DNA of 64,000 nt from Eledone cirrhosa (GCA_964016885.1 OZ024753.1:36084001-36148000); one strand, 5' to 3'; positions 1 through 63,490 are shown, numbered from the stretch's first letter. Notes: a model not told the origin generated them from the sequence alone. A program made the numbers and translations.

Positions 1-985
1 TTGAGAGATCAGACAGGGCAGTGTCCCAGGGTCCCATAACTTACACACATACATAACCCTAGTCCATTGAGAGATCTGACAGGGCAGTGTACCAGGGTCC
101 CATAACTTACACACATACATGGCCCTAGTCTATTGAGAGATCAGACAGGGCAGTGTCCCAGGGTCCCATAACTTACACACATACATGGCCCAAGTCCATT
201 GAGACATCAGACAGGGCAGTGTCCCAGGGTCCCATAACTTACACACATACATGACCCTAGTCCATTGAGAGATCTGACAGGGCAGTGTCCCAGGGTCCCA
301 TAACTTACACACATACATGTCCCTAGTCCATTGAGAGATCAGACAGGGAAGTGTCCCTGGGTTCCATAACTTACACACATACATGACCCTAGTCCATTGA
401 GAGATCAGACAGGGCAGTGTCCCAGGGTCCCATAACTTACACACATACATGACCCTAGTCCATTGAGAGATCTGACAGGGCAGTGTACCAGGGTCCCATA
501 ACTTACACACATACATGGCCCTAGTCTATTGAGAGATCAGACAGGGCAGTGTCCCAGGGTCCCATAACTTACACACATACATGGCCCTAGTCCATTGAGA
601 CATCAGACAGGGCAGTGTCCCAGGGTCCCATAACTTACACACATACATGACCCTAGTCCATTGAGAGATCTGACAGGGCAGTGTACCAGGGTCCCATAAC
701 TTACACACATACATGACCCTAGTCCATTGAGAGATCTGACAGGGCAGTGTACCAGGGTCCCATAACTTACACACATACATGGCCCTAGTCTATTGAGAGA
801 TCAGACAGGGCAGTGTCCCTGGGTTCCATAACTTACACACATACATGACCCTAGTCCATTGAGAGATCTGACAGGGCAGTGTACCAGGGTCCCATAACTT
901 ACACACATACATGACCCTAGTCCATTGAGAGATCAGACAGGGCAGTGTCCCAGGGTCCCATAACTTACACACATACATGACCCTA
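1..985. repeat. 66-bp minisatellite (~15 copies, runs off window start)
   Basis: Unit ttgagagatcagacagggcagtgtcccagggtcccataacttacacacatacatgaccctagtcca. Confidence 0.97.
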
Positions 986-1054
986 GGCTACTGGTGCTAT
1001 ATTTTGAAGAGAATTAAACTCTACATAAATATTGAGATTAAAATGACATCTTAC

Positions 1055-51008
<49,954 letters not shown>

Positions 51009-51104
51009 CTACAGAGATAGTAAAGACAATAAGAAACCAAAATCAGATGTCATATAAAAATCCTTCAAAATAATCTCTCTGCCCCCCCCCCCCACTCTCT
51101 TGTG

Positions 51105-51785
51105 CCAGTTTGACGATAAAATGCACCCAGTACACTCTGTAAAGTACTAGTGTTAGTGTCACGATAAAATGTGCCAAGAATACTCTGTAAAGTGGTAGTA
51201 CTAATTTCACAATAAAATATACCCAGTAGACTCTGTAAACATGCGTGTGTTATTGTCATGATAAAATGCATCTAGTAGACTTTGTAAAGTGTGTGTGTTA
51301 GTTTCATGATAAAATGCACCCAGTACACTCTGTAAAGTAGTAGTGTTAGTGTCACGATAAAATGTGCCAAGAATACTCTGTAAAGTGGTAGTACTAATTT
51401 CACAATAAAATACACCCAGTAGACTCTGTAAACGTGCGTGTGTTATTGTCACAATAAAATGCATCTAGTAGACTCTGTAAAGTGTGTGTGTTAGTTTCAT
51501 GATAAAATGCACTCAGTACACTCTGTAAAGTACTAGTACTGGTTTTATGATAAAATGCACCCATTACACTCTGTAAAGTGGTAGTACTAGTTTCACGACA
51601 AAATACACCCAGTACACTCTGTAAGGTGATAGTGCTAGTTTCACAATAAAATGCACCCAGTACACTCTGTAAAGAAGTTGGCATTAGAAAAGGCATTCAA
51701 CTATAGAAACCATGCAGTCTGAGAACATAACATATTCAAACCACACCAGGATGGAACACTAACATAAAATGGTGATGATGATATG
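51105..51785 (+). repeat. ~48-bp tandem array (~12 units, partial 4-mer higher order) running into an RTE-type tail
   Basis: cacccagtacactctgtaaagt... repeated, then gttggcattagaaaaggcattcaac...(gat)n. Confidence 0.85.
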
Positions 51786-51803
51786 TGTGTATGAATATGA
51801 ATG

Positions 51804-51840
<37 letters not shown>

Positions 51841-51859
51841 GTATGTATGTATATATATA

Positions 51860-52135
51860 AGAGAGTGGGACTGGCTTTGTGCAGTGCCTTTGCTCACTAT
51901 AAAAGCTTCATGGCACAGGCATTGCTTTATATCTGGAGATCTCTCTGCACTTGTCGTCACATGGTACCATGGGCCCAGCACTATGTGTCAATAATTGTCA
52001 CAAGTGTAGTGTTTGTACCAGAGTTTCCAAGTCGTTGGCTGGACTAAAAAGTCACACTCGTTCAGCGCATCAGTAGGGGTTCTCCTACATGGATATAAAG
52101 TAGTGGCCGTACTCGAAAACGAGTTGGCAGCCACC
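51860..52135 (+). mobile_element. 3' half of the non-autonomous RTE-like element at 52907-54108, inverted
   Basis: Reverse complement of 52907-53185. Confidence 0.8.
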
Positions 52136-52308
52136 ATATATATATATATATGTATGTATATATATATATGTATATATATGTATATATATGTATGTATGTA
52201 TATATATATATGTATATATATGTATGTATGTATATATATATATATGTATGTATATATATATATATATATATATGTGTATGTATATATATATGTATGTATA
52301 TATATATG

Positions 52309-52339
<31 letters not shown>

Positions 52340-52430
52340 GTATATATATATATGTATATATATTTATGTATATATATTTATGTATATTTATATATGTATA
52401 TATATATATTTATGTATATATATATATATG

Positions 52431-52461
<31 letters not shown>

Positions 52462-52482
52462 GTATATATATTTATGTATATG

Positions 52483-52529
<47 letters not shown>

Positions 52530-52561
52530 AGAACAAAAGATGGTTAAAGGAGTTCCATGTA

Positions 52562-52628
52562 TTTTATTATGCGCATTTCAAAAACAAATATCATCATGCA
52601 ATAATATTTGTGTTTTCATCAGATAAAA
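52562..52628 (-). ncRNA. Minimal type I hammerhead ribozyme motif, canonical and intact
   Basis: Minus strand: ttttat-CTGATGA-aaacacaaatat...atatttgttttt-GAAA-tgcgca-TA-ataaaa. Confidence 0.8.
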
Positions 52629-52906
52629 CAGGAGGACATGATATGAAGGCTAAAAAACACTTGTGGATAGTTCAGTTTTAAATCAACATATATGAGTTTT
52701 ATATATATCCCTTAACGGGATCTTCTGAAACTGTATATATTTGATATATATTTATCCTTATCGAGCCCTCTTTGGATTTTAGTTTTCAAATTTATTATTA
52801 TTACTATAAATATATATATATATATATATATATAAAACTCATGTTAGTGTAGAAAATGGACGTTAAACAATAATGATGATGATGATATACATATATACAT
52901 ATATAT

Positions 52907-54108
52907 ATGGTGGCTGCCAACTCGTTTTCGAGTACGGCCACTACTTTATATCCATGTAGGAGAACCCCTACCGATGCGCTAAACAAGTATGACTTTTTAG
53001 TCCAACCAGCGACTTGAAAACTCTGGTACAAACACTACACCTGTGACAATTATTGACACATAGTGCTGGGCCCATGGCACCATGTGACGACAAGTGCAGA
53101 GAGATCTCCAGATATAAAGCAATGCCTGTGCCGTGAAGCTTTTATAGTGAGCAAAGGCACTGCACAAAGCCAGTCCCACTCTCTTAACCAAGATGATATT
53201 TACCAAAAAGAAGAACAAGTCAACATCATTGGATACCATCAGGGTTGCAGGTGTTATATCAGAGTTTTCCTTCTCCTAGAATTCTGCCTTGACAAAAGCT
53301 AAGGGGTCATCTCTCCCGGTGATTTTGGATGGACATTGACTCTTAAGAGGTCCTTTGCCCTTTGACAGGTTTTGTTTTTAGTCCTGCAGGATGTCCAAAG
53401 TCACCCTCCTCACCAAGAAACCTTGGTGGGGTTGCCAGTTTAGTCGCCAACGACCCGACCATGGGACAGGTTGTACTGGGATACATGTTACCAGTAGCAC
53501 CAACTGGAGACCCGACATATACATATATACATACATATATATATATACATACATATATACATGGTGGCTGCCAACTTGTTTTCGAGTACGGCCACTACTT
53601 TATATCCATGTAGGAGAACCCCTACCGATGCGCTGAACGAGTGTGACTTTTTAGTCCAGCAGGCGACTTGAACACTCTGGTACAAACACTACACTTGTGA
53701 CAATTATTGACACAGGCCCATGGTACCATGTGACGACAAGTGCAGAGAGATCTCCAGATATAAAGCAATGCCTGTGCCGTGAAGCTTTTATAGTGAGCAA
53801 AGGCACTGCACAAAGCCAGTCCCACTCTCTTAACCAAGATGATATTTACAAAAAAGAAGAACAACTCAATATCATTGGATACCATCAGGGTTGCAGGTGC
53901 TATATCAGAGTTTTCCTTCTCCTAGAATTCTGCCTTGACAAAGGCTAAGGGGTCATCTCTACTGGTGATTTTGGATGGACATTGACTCTTAAGAGCTCCT
54001 TTGCCCTTTGACAGGTTTTCTTTTTAGTCCTGCAGGATGTCCAAAGTCACCCTCCTCACCAAGAAACCTTGGTGGGGTTGCCAGTTTAGTTGCCAACGAC
54101 CCGACCAT
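52907..54108 (-). mobile_element. Two tandem copies (52907-53517, 53562-54108) of a ~610-bp non-autonomous RTE-like element
   Basis: Ends in a C2H2-like [22 protein letters not shown] remnant and a 3' hairpin; its 5' part matches 34190-34340. Confidence 0.7.
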
Positions 54109-55769
54109 TGTTATACTTTGGGAGGGTCATACTACCAATAAAAATACATGCACCTGTTGGTTTTCACTTTGATTTATTATAAGTTTCTGGTTGTATTACA
54201 AAAGAGCTTTGACAATCTATAAACAACCCTTCTAGTTATCTAACCAACCAACCAACCAGAAACTAATAATAAATTGAAATGAAAACCAACAGGTGCGTGT
54301 GTTTTTATTGGCAATATGACCCTCCCAAAGTATAACATTATCTGTTTCAAAACAAGTTTTCAATAGTAAATATAGAATAAGTAAATGTTAAAGGGTTAAC
54401 TTAATTGGAAACATGGAGTAACTATATACTATTCTATTTTATATCATATTGTCTTTTCTTTGTTTGTTTGCTTCTTTCAGTCCAAACCTGCCAACCTCTA
54501 AAAACCTAAATGGGGAGTACCATGACAAAAAAATGCCCCAAAACGGAGAGAAATGAGGCAAAATGAGGAAATTTTACATAATTGTTTCTACTTTAGGCAC
54601 AAGGCCAGCAATTACCCAGTACATTACTGGTACTTTATTTTATCGACCCCCGTAAGGATGAAAGGCAAAGTTAACCTCGGCGGGATTTGAACTCAGACTG
54701 TAAAGTGACGTAACTATGCTAGAAAGCATGGCGTCCAACCCTCTACCGATACTGCCAATTCACCGCCCTATGGAGATTTTACATAATGAAAGCTGTACCC
54801 ATTTTCACAAGAGAAGACATCTCACATCCACCCCAAAGTGAGTGGGAGATCTTACTGTCAGATGGGAAGAGTTGACAGGTCTGCAATGCAAAATGAATTT
54901 TAACTCTATCTGATAGTGATGCATGCTTGGTCCCGTAACCCCCGAGGGAGTCATAGAGGTGCCTGAGTGACATACAGCATTTCTAGGGCATTTTTTCCAA
55001 ACCTCGAATATACTGGTTACTGGTACTTTATTTTATCTAATATCGTTCAATCCCTTACTATATCTAATATATATTCCTAATGGCATCTTGGGCAATCTTT
55101 ACCATAGCCACAAATCTATATAAGCTTTGTTGTGAAATATATGGTCCCGTAACTCTTGAGGGAGTCAAAGGGGCGCTGTATTGCCATAAAGGGTTTCGAG
55201 GGCATTTTTAAGACTGGCAAAGCCCATCTTCTCTCCAGGTCTGAATACAGCAGATTTCTTCCAGAGAAAGATAGAGGGTGAGAGAAAGGAAGCAAGAAAG
55301 AGATATAGGGGAAGAATCGACTCCAGTACGAGACTGCTACTTTTTTTCATCAACCCCGAATGGATGAAAGGCAAAGTTGACCTCGGTAGAATTTTATCTC
55401 AGAGAGTAGAGAGCTGAAACAAATGCCAGAAAGCATTCTATCTTATATTCTAATGACTCTACTAATTCACCCCCCCCCCCCCACTGATAGCGATACATTG
55501 TACATGGTTGATAGGATTGCGTATGTGTGTATCTGTGTATGCATACATTGGCATTTAGGTATGTATATATATATATATATATATGCCCACACTGTAAAGT
55601 GGTCGTGGAGGTGCCACGGCAAAAAAAAAGCACCCACCACTCACTGTAAATGAGGGTTGGTGTTAGGAAGGGCATCCAGCTGTAGAAATCAAGCTAGAAT
55701 CATGTTATATATATGTTTTATATAACATATATATATATATAACATATATAACATATATATATATAAAAC

Positions 55770-55802
<33 letters not shown>

Positions 55803-56018
55803 CTTTTTCGATCGACTTTCGTCAAATCGGACCGAGGAAACAATGTTTCCGTTGGTCTTTCCAGTTGCTAGTACTATCTATTGGTCGCAACTCCAGGTAG
55901 AAGGAGCAACGTGAAATAAAGTGTCTTGCCCAAGGACATAACGCATCGCCCGGTCCAGGAATCGAACTCACAACCTTAACATTGTGAATCCAATTCTCTA
56001 ACCACTCAGCTACACGCC
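55803..56018 (-). mobile_element. Second tRNA-head CORE-SINE family (C); relatives ~33991-34170 (+) and ~41585-41780 (-)
   Basis: ggcgtgtagctgagtggttagag...gagttcgattcc...gtccttgggcaagacactt with a different 3' tail. Confidence 0.75.
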
Positions 56019-56764
56019 TATATATATATATATAATTGTTTCTACTTTAGGTACAAAGCCACCAATTACCCAGGGCATTACTGGTACTTTATTTTATCAA
56101 CCCCGTAAGAATATGACTCAGTGACAAATCTCGTTACTCTGGAATTTCACCTGTGCACTTACAGGATCACCAGAAAGAATATTGAAAACTCTACTTTAGT
56201 ATTGAGTACTTATTCTTACACACACATACACACACATATATATATATATTAACAATATTAATTGTTTCTACTTTAGGCACAAGGCCAGCAATTACCCAGT
56301 GCATTACTGGTACTTTATTTTATCGACCCCGTAAGGATGAAAGGCAAAGTCAACCTCGGCGGGATTTGAACTCAGATCGTAAAGGGACGTAACTATGCTG
56401 GAAAGCATGGCGTCCGACCCTCTACCGATACTGCCAATCCACCGCCCATATTAATAAATGGAAAATATCTTTATAATACCATATTTATTTTATTATATGT
56501 AAAATAAAATTTAGTGTCCGATTTCAAGGACACTGAATTTTAGTGTGCTTTCATCAGATAAAATATATTTGGAGTTAAGATATTGACATACCTTAGCGCA
56601 AACTTAATAGTATCAGCCTGCTATCGGGTTTATACTAGTATTATTAATATTGTTATTATTAATAATACTCCAGATAAATTTTGTTGAGTGCTTCAAATCT
56701 GTTATAAAATTAACTCCGTTGAATAATAATCAACAAATCATATAACTCATTGTTATATATATAT

Positions 56765-57428
56765 ATCATCATCTTCGTTTAGCGTACATTTTCCACGCTA
56801 GCATGGGTTAGACGGGAGTTGTCCCACTTGAGGCAAGGCTGGTCGGGTGACCGTGTCTCGCTCATATAGGACTATCTGGCAGGTTTTCCAGGGCTGGATG
56901 CCCTTCCTAACACCAACCACATTTACAGTGTGGACTGGGAACTTTTTACCGTGTTACCTACACGGCCACATCACAGCGTGGACTGTGTGTGTTTTTTTTT
57001 TGTTGTGACACCTACACAAACTCGATCTCATTTTCTCGTGCTGTTGGTGGGAGTGGGAGGATAGGGTAGGGGTAGTGGATTGGGGTGTATATTTGGTTAA
57101 GAGGTGCCTACTGACTGTAGGTTTTGCTTTGTGCATAGGCAAGGCGGGTCTTCTGTATTACTGCATAGCGCCAAAGATCTCGGTCCAGAGACATTGTCTT
57201 GGAGAGGTGTAAGTGTGTGAGGTTGGAATTTATCAGATCATCCCAGGTTTTTCTGGGTCTACCTACTCCGTAATTTCCATCAATTTTGATCGCCCTGCAC
57301 TTTTTTATGCAGCTGTCGTCTTTCATGTGCATCACGTGACCATACCAACGTAGTCTTCTCTCAAGTAAACAGCATCTGATCCCTCTTATTCCTAATTTCT
57401 CAATTAGTTCATTTATGCTTTGCCGTTA
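56765..57428 (-). mobile_element. RTE LINE 3' fragment
   Basis: MHMKDDSCIKKCRAIKIDGNYGVGRPRKTWDDLI...DRDLWR plus 3' UTR. Confidence 0.85.
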
Positions 57429-58077
57429 GGGAGAAAGAGACGATTATTAGGGAGAAAGAGATGATTATTAGGGAGAAAGAGATGATTATTAGGGAGAAAG
57501 AGATGATTATTAGGAAGAAAAATATATTTTTTTCCTTCTTTCTTTCTTCTGGGTTAGAAAATGATTAAAACAAAATGTTTTACTTTGTGTGAAGTGTTAA
57601 GGTATTAGTTGATTTATTTATTATTTAACAATGGCATTTATTTATCTATTTATATATTTAATAATTATTTAATATATATATATAGGATGTCCCCAAAAAT
57701 GTATAGATACTTCAACAACATTCTAACAAATATGTGTATACATTTTTTGAGGACACTCTGTATATATACGGTACATGTGCAAGTATTTGCCTGTGTGTAT
57801 GTGCTTGTATTTAAAAGCACACACACACAACATGCATATATAAGAAACAAGGGGCTGTTGGTTACTTGATAAAGTGTGTATACATATATATATACATATA
57901 TACACATAATATAAGCAAATACACACACACATACATCACATACACATACCTTTACACACACACACACACACCTATGTATACCTCTCTTGTACTTCTTGTA
58001 AGCATGCAATCAAGTGATGAAGGTCCTATTAAAATTGTATTGTTGTCAGTGCAGGTGTTAGTGTTTTGAATTTTAGG

Positions 58078-60300
58078 GTTGTGGTTGTGGTGGTGGTGGT
58101 GATTGGTGGTGGTGGTGATTGTGGTGGTGGTGATTGTGGTGGTGGTAGTAGTGGTGGTGGTAATAGTAGTGGTGGTAATAGTAGTGGTGGTAGTGGCAGT
58201 GGTAGTAGTGGTAGGGGTAGTGGCGGTGGTGGAGATGATTATTAGTGATGGTAGAGATAGTGAGAATAATAGTAGTGTTGGAGATAGTAGTGGAGATAGT
58301 AGTGGTGTTGGTGATAGTGGTGGTGTTGGAGATAGTGGTGGTGTTGGAGATAGTGGTGGTGTTGGAGATAGTGGTGGTGTTGGAGATAGTGGTGGTGTTG
58401 GTGATAGTAGTAGTGTTGGTGATAGTGGTGGTGTTGGAGATAGTGGTGGTGTTGGTGATAGTGGTGGTGTTGGAGATAGTGGTGGTGTTGGAGATAGTGG
58501 TGGTGTTGGTGATAGTGGTGGTGTTGGTGATAGTGGTGGTGTTGGTGATAGTGGTGGTGTTGGTGATAGTGGTGGTGTTGGAGATAGTGGTGGTGTTGGA
58601 GATAGTGGTGGTGTTGGAGATAGTGGTGGTGTTGGTGATAGTGGTGGTGTTGGTGATAGTAGTAGTGTTGGTGATAGTAGTGGTGTTGGAGATAGTAGTG
58701 GTGTTGGAGATAGTGGTGGTGTTGGAGATAGTGGTGGTGTTGGTGATAGTGGTGGTGTTGGAGATAGTGGTGGTGTTGGTGATAGTGGTGGTGTTGGAGA
58801 TAGTGGTGGTGTTGGAGATAGTGGTGGTGTTGGTGATAGTAGTGGTGTTGGTGATAGTGGTGGTGTTGGTGATAGTGGTGGTGTTGGTGATAGTGGTGGT
58901 GTTGGTGATAGTAGTGGTGTTGGTGATAGTGGTGGTGTTGGTGATAGTGGTGGTGTTGGAGATAGTGGTGGTGTTGGTGATAGTGGTGGTGTTGGAGATA
59001 GTGGTGGTGTTGGAGATAGTGGTGGTGTTGGTGATAGTAGTAGTGTTGGTGATAGTAGTGGTGTTGGTGATAGTAGTGGTGTTGGTGATAGTGGTGGTGT
59101 TGGTGATAGTAGTAGTGTTGGTGATAGTAGTAGTGTTGGTGATAGTAGTGGTGTTGGTGATAGTGGTGGTGTTGGTGATAGTAGTAGTGTTGGTGATAGT
59201 AGTGGTGTTGGAGATAGTGGTGGTGTTGGTGATAGTAGTAGTGTTGGTGATAGTGGTGGTGTTGGAGATAGTGGTGGTGTTGGAGATAGTGGTGGTGTTG
59301 GAGATAGTGGTGGTGTTGGTGATAGTGGTGGTGTTGGAGATAGTGGTGGTGTTGGAGATAGTGGTGGTGTTGGTGATAGTGGTGGTGTTGGTGATAGTGG
59401 TGGTGTTGGTGATAGTGGTGGTGTTGGTGATAGTGGTGGTGTTGGTGATAGTAGTGGTGTTGGTGATAGTGGTGGTGTTGGAGATAGTGGTGGTGTTGGT
59501 GATAGTGGTGGTGTTGGAGATAGTGGTGGTGTTGGTGATAGTGGTGGTGTTGGTGATAGTAGTAGTGTTGGTGATAGTGGTGGTGTTGGAGATAGTGGTG
59601 GTGTTGGAGATAGTGGTGGTGTTGGTGATAGTGGTGGTGTTGGTGATAGTAGTAGTGTTGGTGATAGTAGTGGTGTTGGAGATAGTAGTGTGTGTTGGAG
59701 ACTAGTAGGAGGTGTCTCGGAGATGTGAGTATTGGTGACTATTGAGTGATAGTGGTGGTGTTGGTGATAGTGGTGCTGTTGGTGATAGTCGGTGGTGTTG
59801 ATAGTGATCTTAGTATGAAGAGTGTTGGAGCTATAGTGGTGTTGGTGATAGTGGTGGAGGTTAGGGTCTAAGATAGTTGGACATGGTGGAGTGGGGCGGG
59901 GAGATCCTTGTTTGCTTGACAAGTGATTATTCGTGTGATGGAGGTCAATGCTGCAGTTGCTGCTGCTGATGATGATGGTGGTGGTGGTGATGGTGGTGGT
60001 GATGCTGGTGGTGGTGGTGATGCTGGTGGTGGTGGTGATGCTGGTGGTGGTGATGCTGGTGGTGGTGGTGATGCTGGTGGTGGTGGTGATGCTGGTGGTG
60101 GTGGTGATGCTGGTGGTGGTGGTGATGCAGGTGGTGGTGGTGATGGTGGTGGTGATGGTGGTGGTGATGGTGGTGGTGGTGGTGGTGATGCTGGTGGTGG
60201 TGATGCTGATGGTGGTGGTGGTGGTGATGCTGGTGGTGGTGATGCTGATGGTGGTGGTGATGCTGGTGGTGGTGGTGATGCTGGTGGTGGTGGTGACAAT
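58078..60300. repeat. (GGT)-rich low-complexity block with an 18-bp minisatellite (~58270-59690)
   Basis: ggtgttgg(t/a)gatagtggt units flanked by (ggt)n variants. Confidence 0.95.
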
Positions 60301-60999
60301 GTAGATGATGATGCCTTCCTGAGATTGGAAACAGTTTATTTCACTGAGGCTCTCCTGTTGCTGTGTCCCTACATGCAAAGTCTATATTTTCTGTTAGCCT
60401 ACCTACAATCCCACTACGCTTCTTGTGTACCCACACCCTAAGTACATCAGACTGAGTTTCTATCTATTCTTTTTCTACATATTGACCCCTGATAGGGGTC
60501 AAAGTCTTGTCCTGTCTCCTACTTACTACCATGGCACCAGCACTACCACCTTACAGGGTGGACTTAGTGTTTAATATATATATTCTATGGACTTACATTT
60601 ATATATATATATATATATATATGCATATACATATATGCATATACATATATGCATATATATATGTATATATATATATGCATATAAATATATGCATATATAT
60701 ATATATGCATATAAATATATGCATATATATATATATATGCATATAAATATATATGCATATATATATATATGCATATATATATATGTATATATATATATGC
60801 GTATAAATATATATATATGCATATAAATATATATATATGCATATATATATGCATATATGCATATATATATGCATATATATATATATATATATGCATATAT
60901 ATATATGCATATATATGTATATGTATGTATGTGTGTATATATATATATATATATATGCATATGAATATATATATATGTATATATATATGTATGTATGTG

Positions 61000-61073
<74 letters not shown>

Positions 61074-61241
61074 TATATAATGTCCAAGCCATGTTAGCGT
61101 GGAAGATATATAGAGAGATTGGCACACTTGTCTCCGGTGAGATTTGAGCTCAAGGCTCATTGTGCAGGGAGCCAGAACGCCAGGCATTCTGTTGGCCGCT
61201 CCAGCAATTCTGCCAAGTCATCGCTTTATAATATAAGATAA

Positions 61242-61272
<31 letters not shown>

Positions 61273-61656
61273 ACAACAACAACAAAAAGCACAGACCCTT
61301 TCTCCAAATGACTGTAATGTATTAAAAGGCGAGCTTTGTGTGTGACAATGTCATTTCTTGGCGTTAATTAGGCGATCAAAGAAACAAGTAAAATAGATTC
61401 TAGAGGGTGGTTTAAATTCTATTTGTTTTATTCAGCGTGATGTTTTAACAGTAAAGGAACTCGGGTTCTGTTACATTGCTGCATACCACTTCCAAATACT
61501 CATGGTATTTGCTATGTGACGTGACCAGCTTGGAGAATATATATTTACTCTATACATTTAGTTTAATTTTACCCTTAATGTTCTAAAACGGGACTGAAGC
61601 TAGCTTTTCCTTCGTGTGAGTATATATATCGAATGTAGAAAAGTAACACACGAGTT

Positions 61657-62066
61657 GATATATATAAAAATAAATAGTAGAAAGGAAAAAGATTTTTTCA
61701 GTGAAATATCAAAATTTATTTACGATACCGGTTTCAGCATTAATAACAACATTTTTTACCATTATTATTATTATCACTATTGACAACATGCTTTGTAGCA
61801 CAGAGTTACGCCCCTTTCTGATCTGAGTTCAACTTTGCCTTTCATCCTTACAGGGTCGATAAAATAAAGTACCAGTAATGCACTGGGTAATTGCTAGCCT
61901 TGTGCCAAAAGTAGAAACAATTATTATTATCACTATTTGTACAAATATGCAACTTAATATTCTGCATATCCGCAATTGACAATGCATATAATGCTGAAAC
62001 TGGTATCGTAAATAAATTAATGTTTTGATATTTCACTGAAAAAATCTCAACATTTTCTACTATTTG

Positions 62067-62080
<14 letters not shown>
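61657..62080. mobile_element. Penelope-like inverted repeat (~85-bp arms) with a Nin-SINE inserted in the spacer
   Basis: Arms 61657-61742 and ~61989-62080; SINE flanked by the duplication attattattatcactatt. Confidence 0.7.
61972..62009 (+). ncRNA. Decayed minimal hammerhead motif, U3-A8 core
   Basis: gcaa-TTGACAA-tgca tataa tgct-GAAA-ctgg (ccgg in the left arm)-TA-tcgt, then aaataaa. Confidence 0.5.
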
Positions 62081-62111
<31 letters not shown>

Positions 62112-62115
62112 CATA

Positions 62116-62347
62116 TTAAAGTTTAAGCAAAGAATCGCTGCAGCGATTCTTTGCTTAAACTTTAATCTGTTATATCTGTATTTTGACTAAAGAAATTAAA
62201 GAAATTATTTAGCCTGATAGTGGGGTTAATTACCCTCGGAGAAATGGAAAAAGATGAGTATTGATGTACGTCATACTCATCTTTTTCCATTTCTCCGAGG
62301 GTTCTTAACCCCACTATCAGGCTAAATAATTTCTTTAGTCAAAATAC
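62116..62347. repeat. Two adjacent hairpins (50-bp palindrome; ~75-bp-arm inverted repeat)
   Basis: gcaaagaatcgctg|cagcgattctttgc; gtattttgactaaag...gatgagta / tactcatc...ctttagtcaaaatac. Confidence 0.85.
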
Positions 62348-63289
62348 GGCGATAGCTTACATTTCTAATAATTTCAAACCCACTCGCTGTTTCGAAAACA
62401 TTCTTACATATATATATATTATCCTTATCGAACCCTCTTCGGATTTTAGTCTTCACATTTATGATTATTACTATATATATATAGGGATTGTAACGTCCAG
62501 TTACCGTAGGCTCACCAGACAGAGCACTCGATATGTAGTTTCCAGTAAGTATAGAGGTGTAGTACTAAGCACAGTGTTATAATAATTACCACAACAGAGG
62601 TCCGACGAGCTTTTGATTTCAGAGTCGGGCTAGATTGATACAGATCGAACCTTGAGCTGATCAATAGCGAAACGCGCATCACTACTCTTTAAACGGGATA
62701 AAGACGTAACACATCGCCAATTTTTTTTTAATTATATATTGTTGTGTGAGAGTACGTAAAAATAAATGTTGTGAATAACAAATTACAGTTAGACACAGGT
62801 AGTAATATCTCGATTATAAATGTGGATACTTGGAAAAAAATTGGTAAACCGAGATTACGTAAAACAGCGAAAATAACGAGGGAAGTCTCCCGCAGAATTG
62901 ATGTTCGCAAGAAGAATAAAATTCATTTTTGATAAGCTATTACCAGAGAAAAAAAAAACGTAAAGGAAATACGAAAGAGCCAATGAAATACATTTCAAAA
63001 CCTATAGAAACGGTAAAGAAGGCTGGGAACATGGCCGTGTTACCAGAAAATTTGGAAGTATGATGTATCAAATTAAAGCGTCACACGGTGAACATAAGAG
63101 GCATACCCAAGACGAGGAAGAAATTCCCATGGAAGTATTCTGTGAAATATTCGATGTACCGGTATCAAAAGTAATATAGTCTCGTAGAACCAGCATGAGA
63201 AAAAGAAAGCACACCGAACACCTTGCGAAAAAGATACTAAAAAAAAAAATAGTATGAATAAAAATGTTTTTCTTTATTCCCACGAAATC

Positions 63290-63490
63290 TCAATAGGGGA
63301 GATGTTATGCGAGAGTACGACGTCGCCTGGCGAGAATGGTCTGGACGACCACTATATATAAATAGTAGCAGCCTGAATAAGTAAAAAAAGTTGGTACTAA
63401 TTCCACAACTCGTGTGGTGGCAGTCAAAGGTGGAGTTCAAGTTAGAGTGGTGTTCCGTTACGTGTGGTTATTGCCGTTTCTTTCGAGTAT
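63290..63490. promoter_or_regulatory. Candidate promoter (locally CpG-rich, TATA-like tatatataaa at 63353-63362)
   Basis: Non-repetitive sequence with raised CpG density upstream of the minus-strand gene; no transcript evidence. Confidence 0.25.

Noticed and set aside
62590-62690. Hammerhead-like ccgacga...gaaa-cgcg-ca (related inverted copy ~35005-35105) and ctgacga at ~30860 (-)
   Set aside because: Stem I does not pair and core or cleavage residues deviate; at most decayed remnants.
63068-63283. Hydrophobic ORF as the signal-peptide exon
   Set aside because: It starts at a non-ATG codon and the in-frame ATGs lie after the hydrophobic stretch, so it cannot be supported as the first coding exon.
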